Shown here piece after piece: positions 51,501 to 63,920 of a DNA stretch of 64,000 nucleotides (position 1 is its first letter; each line of letters opens with the position of its first letter). This stretch comes from Azolla caroliniana. Taxonomy: Eukaryota; Plantae; Polypodiophyta. The stretch spans positions 6,200,001 to 6,264,000 of the forward strand of contig JBHGNT010000003.1 of the NCBI GenBank assembly GCA_043228905.1, written 5' to 3'. The position numbers were made by a program, and so were the translations under genes. A model generated the notes under the pieces. The model was not told the origin of the DNA. It saw only the letters and a list, made by a program, of their open reading frames with translations, and made no database searches.

Positions 51501-51593
51501 TTCTGCAGGAGCTGCAGCAAGCAGCTGTTCGCAGAGCGCGGAGCTTGCCCGCTCTGCAACAACCTCATCGTTCAAGTCCTCCATATCTTCTGA
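48525..51593 (+). CDS. Intronless RING-HC (C3HC4) finger protein, putative E3 ubiquitin ligase, with a long low-complexity N-terminus (~1022 aa)
   Basis: 3-kb open frame with ACCATGG start at 48525. C-terminus CCVCMVGRRGAALIPCGHTFCRSCSKQLFAERGACPLCNNLIVQVLHIF* plus an upstream RTSLMALL motif, typical of the plant 'CCVCM..KGAAFIPCGHTFCR' RING family. Confidence 0.92.
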   Translation: MAAPSTADHAQEPVGKLPHNHRNSANETPSPASADRNPTNNLSSKINRSSLKILHSRYVNVQSIHSSSLRKVQEVDHGDGEGDEDGMLNLLNSSTTVLSTLKSDSRRSYSNLMVRPSSAIAEQETLTTNKNKNKNKNNYIPAQDQAQAQDQAQAQAQAPPRPKGLMKRLGSFLSSRKKPAASAPSPAPAPAPAPAMKATGNLVEDHNANSWSFKKLQAVTPLQQNGTVKASTEECVVQKMAPKACPCEDGDGGGGGGGGDRSSDLDHGDSVQAPDHAPLSNSALNPSAATSVSHPSEGGASSTVASAGLMAELPSTGVRLDGSNPSGISSSIRSSSGCGNLMQEFNAGSSRIGSGRHESSASRGGGGSSSSSSSLHTRRKSLRRVWQQVGGRVFSCGSSSGYMSGILVEEMEHQRPLPSAIADLSQLHGTVGAYPTISCRGSSSHDAMAFYASSGDGSATGAGPQRLDEDLVLDEAYWLSLAESIMERQRQERTRQVHSGCSTSRDGDGDGDGDGDRAGAGASAVAGGGGCVAGKNPGARHSYGDHSNSPASFSSSSGAAGAAIMDPSADHESSNTAHSRESWSEAGRLINPWQKSEVEPWPQEEGATYSELKIEEEEPSSSSSSLSSSSSSKRPEMVNDYCGASVLGASFDSSITNGGNYSKKKPWMTIKRMQMARSSLKQHCSGNNGKEMQWLSHHRLNTKLEESPCLLQSHHLQQRVATAEGGGAGGVAGCSRSDNSGGSSSSSSSSNSQRNAVEIRVRNQSNGGMDQYSHHHHHHQSCNNRDGAESSGAGGVDRMSEQRRGGGGAETLQPLEKFLMLERADGQGSMEASAQKEVEEEEEAVAVAMAMAMAVEPSAGGGGRTSLMALLHEEKEEEEVQHQQQQPGMVCDREELSLQQKLEEEEEEEEEDDGLEEDEDEDEDEDEDEEDEDQEGEEQKVKTKMKATKKKKKKKTKKKKKGRAMAMANDPLQCCVCMVGRRGAALIPCGHTFCRSCSKQLFAERGACPLCNNLIVQVLHIF

Positions 51594-51599
51594 GTAATC

Positions 51600-52390
51600 T
51601 TCATCAATCCATGGCCATAGCCATAGCCATAGCCATCATCATCCTCATCACCATCACCATGACAGGCATCAGTCATTCTGATGCATTCATCATGCTCATC
51701 ACCATCGCCATGACAGGCATCAGTCATCCAGATGCATTCAATCAGGCACCCAGATGCATTCAATCAGGCATCCAGATGCATTCATCATATTCATCACCAT
51801 CACCATGACAGGCATCAGTCATCCAGATGCATTCATTCAGGCATCCAGATGCATTCATCATGCTCCTCACCATCACCATGACAGGAATCATTCATCCAGA
51901 TGCATTCATCATCCTCATCCTCGTCACCATCACCATCACCATGACAGGCATCAGGCATCCAGATGCATTCATCATCATCATCACCATCACCATCATCATC
52001 ACCATCACAGGCATTCAACCATTCATCAAGATGCACCATATGCATGCATCCTGATTGTCGTCATCACCATCACCATCCAGATGCATTCAACCATTCCCCT
52101 AGAAGCACCATATGCATGCCTCCTCATTGGATCACCATCACCATCACATGCATCACCGGAGCATTCATCCATTCATCATCATCAAAGCCATCATCATCCC
52201 ATTCATGCATCTTCTGGATACAGTCATTCATTCATTCATTTCATCATGCATCTGGATACAGTCATCCATTCATTTTATCATGCATCCCATCCCATCCCAT
52301 CATGATGCATTGATTCATCATGCATCATTCTATACTCATTCATTCATGCACCATGATGTATTCATTCATTCATGCATGTATCATCATCCA
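51600..52390. repeat. CAT/CAC-rich compound minisatellite in the RING 3' region
   Basis: Recurring CATCACCATGACAGGCATCAGTCATCCAGATGCATTCATC units (~5) and CATCCAGATGCATTCA subunits. Confidence 0.9.
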
Positions 52391-52599
52391 TCTTTGTATC
52401 AAAATCCCCCCCTAACCCCTTTTTTCCTGACCAAAAAAACAGAGAAACCCATCCATTCTTTTGTTTCACTTGTTCCCCCCCCCATCCCCCCCCCCCTTCA
52501 AATAACAATAATCATCCAAATTACTTTTGGACCCATTTGGGCGAACCAACCAACGATTGTCGTGCCGACCGAACATGTATAGCTCGTGTGCATCATGCT

Positions 52600-52835
52600 C
52601 TACAGAATCATGGCCCTCGCATCTTGTGCCCCCCAATACAATCACCGAATGATGGGTGACCAACCATCTTATGCCCCCCGGACGCAATTACCAGATCATG
52701 GGTGTCCATCTTGTGCTCACGGACACAATTACCGGATCATGGGTCTCCATCTTGTGCTCACGTACCTTTCATGGGTGTCCATTTTGTGCCCCCGGACGGA
52801 CGATCATGGGCACCCGCCCATCTTGTGCCCCCGAA
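52600..52835. repeat. Degenerate GC-rich 30-40 bp tandem repeat
   Basis: (GA)TCATGGGT.TCCATCTTGTGC(TC/CC) repeated ~6 times. Confidence 0.75.
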
Positions 52836-52918
52836 CAGTGTCATTCCTATCTATATCTACTGGCACGATCCCAGGGAGTGTGGCATCGTAAGCATATCTA
52901 GCTATATAGCTAGGTGCA

Positions 52919-53186
52919 GTTAACTCATTGCATTGGAACATGATGTGATATCGAAACTCCGATCCAATCTTACCAAGGAGGGGGGTTTGTGCCTCTTTTC
53001 CCTCAACCCAATGGCATGTGTATGTATGTATTTGTTAACTCATTGCATTGGAACATGATGTGATATCGAAACTCCAATCCAATCTTACTAAGGAGGGGGG
53101 TTCGTGCCTCTTTTCCCTCAACCCAATGGCATGTGTATGTATGTATTTATGTATGTATGTATGTATGTATGTATGTATGTATGTAT
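52919..53186. repeat. 115-bp tandem duplication followed by (GTAT)n
   Basis: GTTAACTCATTGCATTGGAACATGATGTGATATCG... starts at 52919 and 53034. Confidence 0.92.
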
Positions 53187-55143
53187 ACCAACCCGTCGTG
53201 AACATCGGAGGAGCGTGTGTGTTCGTTAGGAACTTCGTCCATCTGACTTAAAACTTTCCACCTGGTTTCCTTTCCTTTCCTTCTCGTGGAAACTTGTAAA
53301 AACAAAAAGGAACATTGAGAGAGCACACTAATGTTGAGGAGAAAAACAAGTTTTAATGACGTGCAATTTACTTTGCTAAAGTTGTAAAACCCCACAATTT
53401 GTGTTGTGTTCTTGTTTTTGGTAGGAGTTTTTTTTTCTAGTATGCCATCCATATGCTCGTCAAGAAGGAAACATGGTCATTATTCCCATTTTTTATTGCA
53501 AAAATGTTATGGGTGATTCGAAGCTCTCAATGCATATTGACCATGTATGTTATTCATATGCATGATGCCTACTTGGTATTTATTTTGTATCGAGAACAAA
53601 TCGCTCCTACAATTCCCAATAACTTAATGGAATAATTACGCTCCATCTCATCTCTTCCCATTCACTGTTTGCTTTTCCATCTCGTCCATCTTGTTGTCCT
53701 TGTGGTTGATCTTATGTGCAAGTGGCCAATGTGCACATCAATATTAGCATTTTATATATAATCACACATTTGCGAAACCACAATAAGGCATTGTGTGGAA
53801 CAAGAAGCCTTTTAAACTTGTTATGACCATAGATTGGAAGGTTGTTAACTCTTCATCTGTGTATGATGTGTGTTGTTCATGGATTTTCTTAACATTCTCA
53901 ACACAAAATCTATTCATTTTAATGCCTTGGAAGGATGTTGGTTGTTTCCATTTCTCTTCCTCTTTATGCGTTCATGTCTCTCCATAATCCTTTATGAGAA
54001 TTATTTATGATGCTTGGTCACATGGGGTTTTTGTGTCAACATTGCTCCTTTGAGTTGGGGCCTTTGTTGTTCTAAGAAGTGTACTCTGAAAATTTATGCA
54101 AATGCCATGTTTCACAAGGAACATTGATTGTGCCTTATTGTTTACGAAGCTTGGATGGTATATTCGACTTGTTGATCATTCCAAGTGTTAATCCATCGCT
54201 AGTGTCCCAAAAAAAGAGTTATGGTATTGCAGTATGCCATCACGTGCGTGGTTTGATGCGGTATTACAATCTTATGTGGTTTGATGTAGTATTAATAACA
54301 TGATTTCCAAGTTCAATTTATGCCGTCACATGTGTTGTTTTGAACATCGCTTATGTTGATTTTGTTTAAAATTATTCTAGATTGTCATACAACCTTGGGA
54401 GTACAAGGAGTTGTATGACATAACAAGTTTATTACACATAAACTAGCCACTTACTATTTACTATTTATTAGAATAGTCATTTTGTTAGTCGTACACTATA
54501 AAAGTTATCTTTTGAAAAACGGTTAGATAGGTAGGGTGAATGTTGCATAACACCTAGATAGCAAATTGGTCTCTCCCCATTGCTCCGTAAATGCGTTGGC
54601 GTCTCGTACGTTGCATTCTCAAATTCTTAGAGGCATATAAGCACATTATAAAATGTCTTTCCCGATAATGCCTTTAAGCGAGAACCTCAATATATGTACA
54701 AATTTCACATCGTGCATGATTTTCATGATTACCTTCATGGCACACTTCTATTTGCTGGTTCGGATCTTCTCTCTACCACAACCAAACAAGAGTTCATGGA
54801 ATCATATTACTAAAGCAAAATTTAAGCATGCAATTTGATACTTCCAAGAACTTTATATTATCTTAAATGCGTAAAAAGTAGTGAGGTTCGATATATTCTA
54901 TTACTTTTTCGCCCATTTACATGTAAAGAGCATTTTAAATATTGAGATTGCGTATATCTATCTTCCTAGTCCATGGTTCATACCTCGAAGACCTAAATTT
55001 CTATCTCCATATCTCGAACGCTTAAAAAATAGGTTGATTTTAATTATTTTATTGATTTTACTCAACCAAAACACGCTACTAGTATACATATTTACATAGG
55101 TTTAACTAAATGTTTATTAGTTTCTTCCATTGAAACAGAATTT

Positions 55144-55395
55144 GAAAAGGGTTGTTACCTAGAGGCTATATACTATGAAAATGGTTGATACCTAAAGCCC
55201 ATTTAGTATGAAAAGGTTTGTTACCTACACAATATAGTGGGAAAAGGCTTGTTACCTAGGTGCAATATAGTATGAAAGGGTTGTCACTTAGAGGCAATAT
55301 AGTAGTGATATAATTTAAAGAATGATATTTGTCTATTCTCCCATAGAATTGAAGCCTACTATGACAAGGGTCATTACCTAGAGGGAATATAGTAA
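55144..55395. repeat. ~33-bp degenerate minisatellite (5-6 copies)
   Basis: Consensus GAAAAGGGTTGTTACCTAGAGGCAATATAGTAT. Confidence 0.8.
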
Positions 55396-56353
55396 CAATG
55401 CAAGCATGATCTAGGCATTTCGAAGAATAATGTTTGCCAATTCTCACAAAATAATGATTAGAATGACAGAGCTAGTTCATTTTCCATGCAATTTATTTTC
55501 TCGAGCATGACATTTTTAAGACGATTGAGACTAACATATATATATGCTCAAAGTACTCTTCTGATCCTTGCAACAACCCACATATGGTAGAAGGATTTGA
55601 GAATAGGAAGTTCAATATAGTGTAAGAAAACAAGATATGGGGACAAAACAAGAAGCTAGTGTTCAATTACTTGTGTTGAATTTCTTCAAAATCAACTATG
55701 ATGAAGACTCCCTTTTATACAATCGAGAAGCCATGCATGAATTAACATGCAACCTTATAGCCTTAAACATGGCAAGCCACAAATACACCCTTTTCTCAAC
55801 CTTGCTATAATACACTCTCTCCTGCTTTTTACATTAGTTAGTGTTAAGCATATAGCACACAACACACCGGTCATGAAGAAGAGTGCACAAACTGGGGCCA
55901 CCGAGCAACCAAGGAAAACACAAGTAGAGTCATCCAAGGCAGAGACAAGCCAACGGGACGGCCTAGTGTGAAAGGGTCACACCCATGATGGAGAAGCTAT
56001 AAAAGTCACCTTGTAGTTGTTGTGACTTTGCTTCTTCTCAATCTTAAGAATCTCCTAATGATTATAGCCTTAAACCTCCTCTCTATCTCCTTCTTTGTGA
56101 GTTAAGATTCTAAGAGAGATTAGTGATATTGTTTAATGAGTAAACACTAATCTCTCTCCCTTGATTGGTACTAACCTTCTTATATCAAGAGTGGTGAAAT
56201 AAATATATTACTTTCCGTCTACTTGTTCTAAGTGCTTGAGAGTGTAGAGCAAGAGATTGAGAGATTAGTCTTAACCGCACAAACGCTAAGTGACCTAGTA
56301 GGTCAAAGGTACTTGACAACTACCCTTGCTCGGTTCGCCGCCAAAAGGGGATA

Positions 56354-57600
56354 TGTTGCCCCATACCTAAGCCAACGACATCGATGGGAGGTATAACCCC
56401 ATGGATATATAGAGGTGCATCCGTGAGGTGCACGGAGTTGACATGGTTAGATGTCACATTCTAGGTAGGGGTCAAAACATCATCCCCTCCTCTTATTGCC
56501 GACTTCGATTCAAAGTAACTGTTTGTGGATGATGGTGATAGTACTCAAAGACCCCATCATGTGCATTACTAAGGCGAAAAATGAGTTCCCAAGTGGCCTT
56601 CGATAATGGATAACCTTTCCACACAATTATGTGAAGTCAAAAGGCCATAAGGTTAATCAATTCCAAAAAAGTTGAAAGAAATGTTCCAAAAAAGTGAGAT
56701 GAATTGTCACCCAAGATCCAACACAATGTTATCTAGGAGTTTGTGGAGCTTAACAACATTTGTGAGGATGAGATTTATTGTTATCTAACTAGGAATAAAA
56801 TGACGCATCATTGACCACTCTACAATTACAAACAAGTGTCATGTCCATTCAATGATGGAAGATTTATGAAGAAGCTCATTTAAAGTGAAGATCATGGGAG
56901 TACGCCCACGCTAACGTTCCTTGGATGATACACATCTTCGGGCCAGATGTCGCCGAATTTGTAAGGGTCGTCCAAAACTGGTACATTAGATCCTATTCTT
57001 GCCTACAATGGTAGCAAGGGAACCCCCATTGCTCTTTCCATCGTTCAAGCAAGGCCGGTTTGGATCTAAAGCTACTTAAGGAGCAACCACAAACACCATA
57101 TTGTTTGATTAACTCCTTGATTTGATATGATTGTTGCAAGCATGATTAGTTCCACATTGATTGGTCTAGAGTTTTTGTCATCTCCAAAGTTGACATTGTC
57201 CCTCTGAAAATGTAAATATGTTGAGCAAGATATTGCACCCACAATAGAGTTGGTCAAGGAGAACATAGTCATTGTAATTCACATCGCAAACGAGCTTGTG
57301 CAACTTCGATGCATACACCAACACTACCCTAGATCCTTATTATTGGTTGTAAAGTTTGTTCGTCGAGGATCATCAAGTGTCAAACTCCATGAAGGTTGCT
57401 TCAAATTTGGTGAGAAAGGTTGATAAATCTTCCATATGAGGAGAGAAATTTTCGACTACTGGCACAAACCAAGCTTACCCTATAAATCTTTGAACTTGGC
57501 TCACTTAAAGTCAGCATTGTGGTTGTAGACATAATCGTAGGAGTATTGTTAGGGAGGCAAAAAATAGGATCGAAATGTTCCACAAAGTTGGAACTAGATC
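56354..57600 (-). mobile_element. Ty3/gypsy chromovirus relic (RT/RH remnants, chromodomain, PPT, short LTR candidate 56354-56479)
   Basis: Minus strand: SQVQRFIG..VENFS (RT thumb, ~57440-57500); IIVWKGYPLSKATWEL (chromodomain, 56583-56630); PPT AAGAGGAGGGGATGA (56480-56494) directly followed by TGTTTTGACCCC. Confidence 0.7.
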
Positions 57601-57668
57601 TGATAGGTCTATTGGTTCGGAGGTCACGTAGAGACTCGTGGAGAATGCGATTATTATATGCATAAAAT

Positions 57669-58118
57669 TACGAACCAATCCTAAAACTAGTTTTAATGGG
57701 TCAGAGGCATGATATTTGGGAAACTAGTTATCTAGTATTTAGACAAGCCCATATGGAACTATGACACATGGTGGTCTAAGAGCCTTGGGTGTTGAGCTAT
57801 ATAAAGGGTACTTGCTACCTCCTATACTACAACAACTTGAGACCCCCATCAAGGACAAAGTGATAAACGTTGAATATCATTGACATCCAAAACTACGAAC
57901 CAATCCTAAAACTAGTTTTAATGGGTCAGAGGCATGATATTTGGGAAACTAGTTATCTAGTATTTAGACAAGCCCATATGGAACTATGACACATGGTGGT
58001 CTAAGAGCCTTGGGTGTTGAGCTATATAAAGGGTACTTGCTACCTCCTATACTACAACAACTTGAGACCCCCATCAAGGACAAAGTGATAAACGTTGAAT
58101 ATCATTGACATCCAAAAC
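57669..58118. repeat. Apparently perfect 225-bp tandem duplication
   Basis: TACGAACCAATCCTAAAACTAG...TGACATCCAAAAC at 57669-57893 and 57894-58118. Confidence 0.95.
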
Positions 58119-58388
58119 CAGTGAATACTATCTAGTATTATACCTTGAAAGTTGAGAATTGGAGGGGCAATCAATCTGAACGTCCTTAGTAATAGAGTCT
58201 CAAGATCTAGAAATGAGAAATTAGTTAGATATCCATGTGGCACATGTCGTTACGGTTTTGTCCAAGTCCTAGGATAACTAATTTTCTACTCATCCTAACA
58301 TTACACCATTGAAATTAGTCTTTGGAATTGATACTTCAACATAAACATATCATAGGTTCATACACAACTAACCACAAAAGTAATCGAG

Positions 58389-58427
<39 letters not shown>

Positions 58428-59845
58428 AAAAGAACATATCCTTCCATTAGTTTTTAGAAAAGTCATAACAACAACATACAAAATATTTTTCCCAACTCAT
58501 TTTTATAAGATGATGGTTTGAGGAAAGCAATCTATGTACTCCAAAGTAGAGAAAACTAGTCAACTAATCTGAAAGTTATTTTGTAGACACATTCCAAGCT
58601 ATTCTGTAGACACATTCAAGAAATATATATATTCCAATTAAATATATTGGTAGATAAGAAACATAGCTATCTTGATTAATGAGAGTGAAGTATATGTGTG
58701 TAAAGAAGTGGCAATTCCATAGTTGGACCACCAAAATCCATTTTACAATGAGAGCGTTTATTGTTGGAAAGTCTAAAGGGTCCCATTCACACTCAAGCCC
58801 ATTGAGCATCAACCTTTGCCACTTTTCATTGAGTAGTTGAGACATAAAGTACAATATAAACATGTTCATTGCATACATTTGGGAAATGCTAAATATCTTA
58901 ACTCAAAAACATTAAGCTCACAAGAATTTTACAAAAGAAATATGAGTTTACATAAAATAAGGCATTATTTTCTGTCACACTACTCTTAATTCTTACTTAC
59001 ATAATGCATAATTTAGTTGAGGAGACAATCAATGGAATAACTTCTTTATTCTTGTTTAGTAATGGGAAAGAATTAGAAATTATACAATAATGACTGATTA
59101 TACCACTTTAAGTCGAGTATCAAAAAACCACAGTTGAGGTCAATCAAGGGTTCAAAACCCATTAGAGGAGATCGAATGAAAATATTATTTACCATGTCTA
59201 AGTGATGACAAAAAACATGTGGTAAATGTGAATAGTGTGCATACATTTTGGCGAACCAAGCACCCATGAAAGATAAGGACAAGTGCATGCTCAAATAAAA
59301 AGCAATCATCCATGCTAAGAAAATAGGACGGTATTTTTATCCGACAAGGGAGATCTTGAAAATTGTAAAATGAGCAAGAGAGCTCATTATTAACATTGTA
59401 AGTTTTGGGTTTTGAATGTCTGAGCGTTGCGAATAAATCGAACATTACGGGGTAACAAATCATGAGGGTGCACGATATGCCTACTATGACCAAGGTATAG
59501 TTATTCTTGATCGTAGACTCGCTATATCAAGCCAAGGATAATCCCCTAACTCTTTCTTGTAGTAATTTCTTCTCACCCCATTTAGATGGGTTCAAAATCG
59601 TCTCTACATATACCTATAAGTTTTAATTCACAAGCGAATTATGATCGTTAGAAGAAGCAACAAAAGGGTGATAAAACTATCAATTTGAAGCTTGGACTCG
59701 AGAAAATCTCAAAGTTGAGGAAAGCTTACTTGGGTGGAGGAATTCCTTTACCTTTTGTCGACGTTGTGCTCCCTTTCTTTCTCTCCCTCTCACTGTGGTG
59801 CAAACCCCAATCTCACACAACACTCTCCCAACCCTAAAACTCCAA

Positions 59846-59881
59846 GCAAGAAGAAGAAGAAGAAGAAGAAGAAGAAGAAGA
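59846..59881. repeat. (AAG)n microsatellite
   Basis: Directly visible. Confidence 0.95.
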
Positions 59882-60963
59882 AAACCTAAACTTTGAAAGA
59901 TAGCGACCTCAAGAGTCGAACAAAAAATGACCTTCAACTTCCTTGTATATATGTACATAGTGGGAAAACATATTCACCCATTGCTCACCCACTCCCTCCA
60001 TCAAAATGTTAAAAGGAAGGTAATTAATGCCCTCACGCGTGCTAAGATTTAAACCTTATGCATTCTTAACCACCAAAACATTGATTTTTTGTTATTATGT
60101 TTATATCGATTTCTACATCTTCTCTTTCCCCCCTCATTTCCATACATTTCACCTTTGATTCTACCACATCATGACATCGTAGGGACCGAACTTTAGGGCA
60201 CCCTTTCGGTTCTCATTCTCTCCCTTTTGCATCTAGTAACAACCAATTTCCTAAATGTAACTTTTGAACACTAATTAATCAAGACACCTCTTATGTTTCT
60301 CATTGAATAATTATCAATTTAATTAAGACAAACATATATTTTTAATTAGTGTACACTGTAGTAGTGATTGGGAGTGTGTTAATGTTGGTTTAACTTACAA
60401 AGCCTTCAAGGCTTCCACAATTGCATGGAGTGGATAGTTAAGTGCTTTTATGCATTGAAGTATGACATGGTCTTTGCCAATGACGTGCCACGCATCCCAA
60501 TCCTCAATTATCCTATTGTGAGGAAGATGACCCCTCATGATTAGATAGTGACCGTTTGAAGTGTAACCATCCAAGGTACAAGTTACGAAAACTCAAATTA
60601 GGTTCAACACAAATGAAGTTCTTGGTAAGGCTCTCCATAAGTGAAAAGGTTCATTTTCTCGTTGAGCTTGCAGACACATTTTCTTTTTAGGCCAATTGGG
60701 CCACTCATCGTCCACGATGACTCGACATGAAAGAATTGATTGGTAAGGTTTTAATGAGAGAACAAGTTTTGTGTCCTTATAGAACTTGTGGAGTCACTCT
60801 TTAGGGTGGGCCTAATTGGACCAATATCTTCTGCTATACAAGTTTACATCCATCTAGAGTCGCTACTAAGAAATTGGTGTTATTTTTTCTTTTCTCCACA
60901 AACGAGTACAGGTGAACTCAATTTCGACGAAAAGGAAAAACTGATAATTTACTAAATAATTTG

Positions 60964-61033
60964 ACAAGTAGTGGGATTCAAACTTGTAACTCCAAACCTT
61001 TTGATTCGGCATTCTCCCATTTAAGTCATGCTC
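60964..61033 (-). other. Decayed tRNA-like (SINE head) relic
   Basis: Minus strand A-box-like TGACTTAAATGG and B-box-like AGTTTGAATCC at tRNA-like spacing. No intact cloverleaf. Confidence 0.35.
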
Positions 61034-61185
61034 GTGGAATCAACCGTTACTTACCTCACAATCAAAATTTCCCCTTGTCCATGCCTCTAGGAAAGAGAGT
61101 CCTCAATACAAATGTTACCACGAGGAGAATATTCAATGGGTTCCATCGTGCCACACGAGAACCCAAAAGGATTCCTTCATGGGTA

Positions 61186-61312
61186 GCCCTCCATGATACA
61201 ATACACTGAGCTCTATCATTGTACCACAATAAAGTATTATCCTCCACCATAAAACACATCGACTTCTATCATGATGCCACAATAGACTACTATTCTCCAC
61301 CATAGAACACAT
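61186..61312. repeat. ~55-bp degenerate tandem repeat (2-3 copies)
   Basis: CTCCACCATA.AACACATCGACTTCTATCAT..T.CCACAATA units. Confidence 0.65.
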
Positions 61313-62924
61313 GGTCTTCAATCGTGATTCCACATTAGAACCCTAAATGGTTATTTTGATGAGAGCCCATATAACAGAACTCACTCATTGAGTTCTACCA
61401 TGTGTTTATTCATCATGAGAGAACTCTTTTTGTAGAGCCTTTGCATGACAATGGGGGGGCGCAATGAGTAGTATTGCAAATTGGCATCAATACTACATGA
61501 GAGAGACAACATCGTATGCAATAGACGAGGAGGTGGACATCGTCCCTCCTAGTCATTTACTCAATACATATGTTCCTTCATGGTTATCCACCATGAAGAG
61601 AATATTTAATGGTCAATTAAGTTACGCGAACCTAGTATAGGTTCAAGTCCGACCACTCGATCTTATGCATGACATTGAGCCTAGGATTCACACCGCTTGA
61701 GCGGCAAAAAAGAAGAGCAAAGACAAACACATTAAAAACTAAAACTCCTAAGCCACCACACTCACCTCAATTTAATTTATTTATATAACGACCCCTCCTA
61801 CACATTAACCAAAACCAACACATATAAATATATAGGCGAAAAGCTCATTCACACATAAAAAACACAAATATTCTGTGCACATAAAAAATAATTTGATTAA
61901 TTATACAATTCCACATCTATATAAATTCCCACAAAAACCTCCATATAAACTTCTAAACCCAAGCAAATAAATATTAAAAGTATCACATGCACTTGTGGAT
62001 TTCACGCTAAGTGCGCACATATGTATACACACATAAACATGCGGATTGTTTGTCACACACAAATACCCATTTTTGCATGTAGTTGGGCACACACATTCTC
62101 ATATGCACTATTGTCACCCCAATACTCAGTGCTCACCAAAACAAGAAAGCCCACACTCACGTGCCCATCTAAACTCAAGAATTTATGAGCACGGCAATAA
62201 GTGCTCCTGCATATATTGAATAGCGAAGTTTCAGGGCTCATGTACATATACACTCCTCCACCATTGATGTTCAAGTTCGACAAACTGTAAAGACACTAGC
62301 CTTAACCTTGTATTCCATGGTTCAAGACACCAGTGGTCGCACTCACGTTTTCACATGCACATCCACATAAAGCATGACACCTTGCACATGAAGAAATCAT
62401 AACACGAGATAAAACCATTGGATATGTGGATGGACCTCGTAACAGCCAAGCTACATTAATATTTCAAGATATTATCTAAATTAAGTAATGACAAATGATT
62501 CACTGATAATAACTTGTTATAGTACCATCTCACGATCATTAATTAAGTCCGATGATTTAAGGGAAGGAAAGCTATTTTGTTTGAAACATTAAACAAAAGC
62601 AATAAAAAAGCTCTAACAAAGTTTGAATAAATTTTCATGGTGAAGCTAATAGAAAGCAACATATTGTGAGCTTGTCTTGACTATTGGCCATAGTAAGGAC
62701 AAATGATTAAATGCATTTATTCCGTGGATGTGGCCAAAAGTATCCGAGAGAGGATGCATCTTTCATCTATATTGGCTGGCAATTATTCATGCATACGTAA
62801 CTTGACACCAAGCTACGGAGGGTGGATGCATTACAAAATAGTAATCGAGAGTTCCGTATCAATGAATCACAAAGTATATGTGAAAGATGCATCCTTTATA
62901 TCGATCTATCCATACACATATAAG

Positions 62925-63920
62925 TTTTAACATATACATACATACATAACTATTTACTACATATATATTTACTGTTTTACATATGTGTGTGTGTGTGAGA
63001 GAGAAAGAGAGGATAGATCATAGATTATAGATCTGAAGGATGAAAAGTCATTAAGAAAGCACCTATTTTGGTGTTCGTTAGATAAGGAGTCATAAATGAC
63101 CAAAGAAGAAAAAGACCGGCCAAAAAAGCGGTAAAAGCACGAAAAGCTGCCAATGTGATGGTCACATCCATAATAGACACACACGCACACGCTTGAAATA
63201 CATACATACATACATCCATCCATACATACACGTACACATAACATATTACATACATACATACATGTACACATAACATAACATAACATAACACATACATACA
63301 TAGCATACATGCATGCATGCACACATCGATCCGTACATATAGACATACATACATACACGTACACATACCTACATACATACATAACATATCACATACATAG
63401 ATACTTACTTACATAACATACATGCATGCATGCACACATCGATCCGTACATATTGACATACATACATACATACACGTACACATTCATGGATGGATGGAAT
63501 GTGTGTAGGATTGTATGTATGTCTATGTGTATGTATATACACACATCCATCCATCCATTCATGGATGTATGGTTGTGTGTATGATTGTATGTATGTCAAT
63601 ATGTATATACACATTCATATATCTATACATACATACATAACATACACACATCCATCCATCCATCCATACATACATACACCATACTTGCATCCATCCATCT
63701 ATCTATGCATACATACATGCATGCATGCATGTATGCATACATCCATCCATACATACATGAATGCATCCATCCATCCATAGGTACATACATAAAGATAGCC
63801 TACCTTCATACACATGCATATACATACATATATGTATATACAGAGATACAGACAGGCAGATAGGCAGACAGATAGCCAACCTGCATGCATCAATACCTGC
63901 AAAGTATATAGACAGATAGA
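62925..63920. repeat. Compound (CATA)n/(CATC)n/(CATG)n/(GATA)n microsatellite field with internal duplication
   Basis: Visible simple repeats; CATGCATGCATGCACACATCGATCCGTACATAT duplicated at ~63308 and ~63421. Confidence 0.92.

Noticed and set aside
51754-52582. His-rich metal-binding proteins
   Set aside because: The open frames arise from CAT/CAC repeats in several frames at once and there is no independent gene evidence.
61610-61705. tRNA/SINE head around GGTTCAAGTCC
   Set aside because: B-box only, with no convincing A-box or stems.
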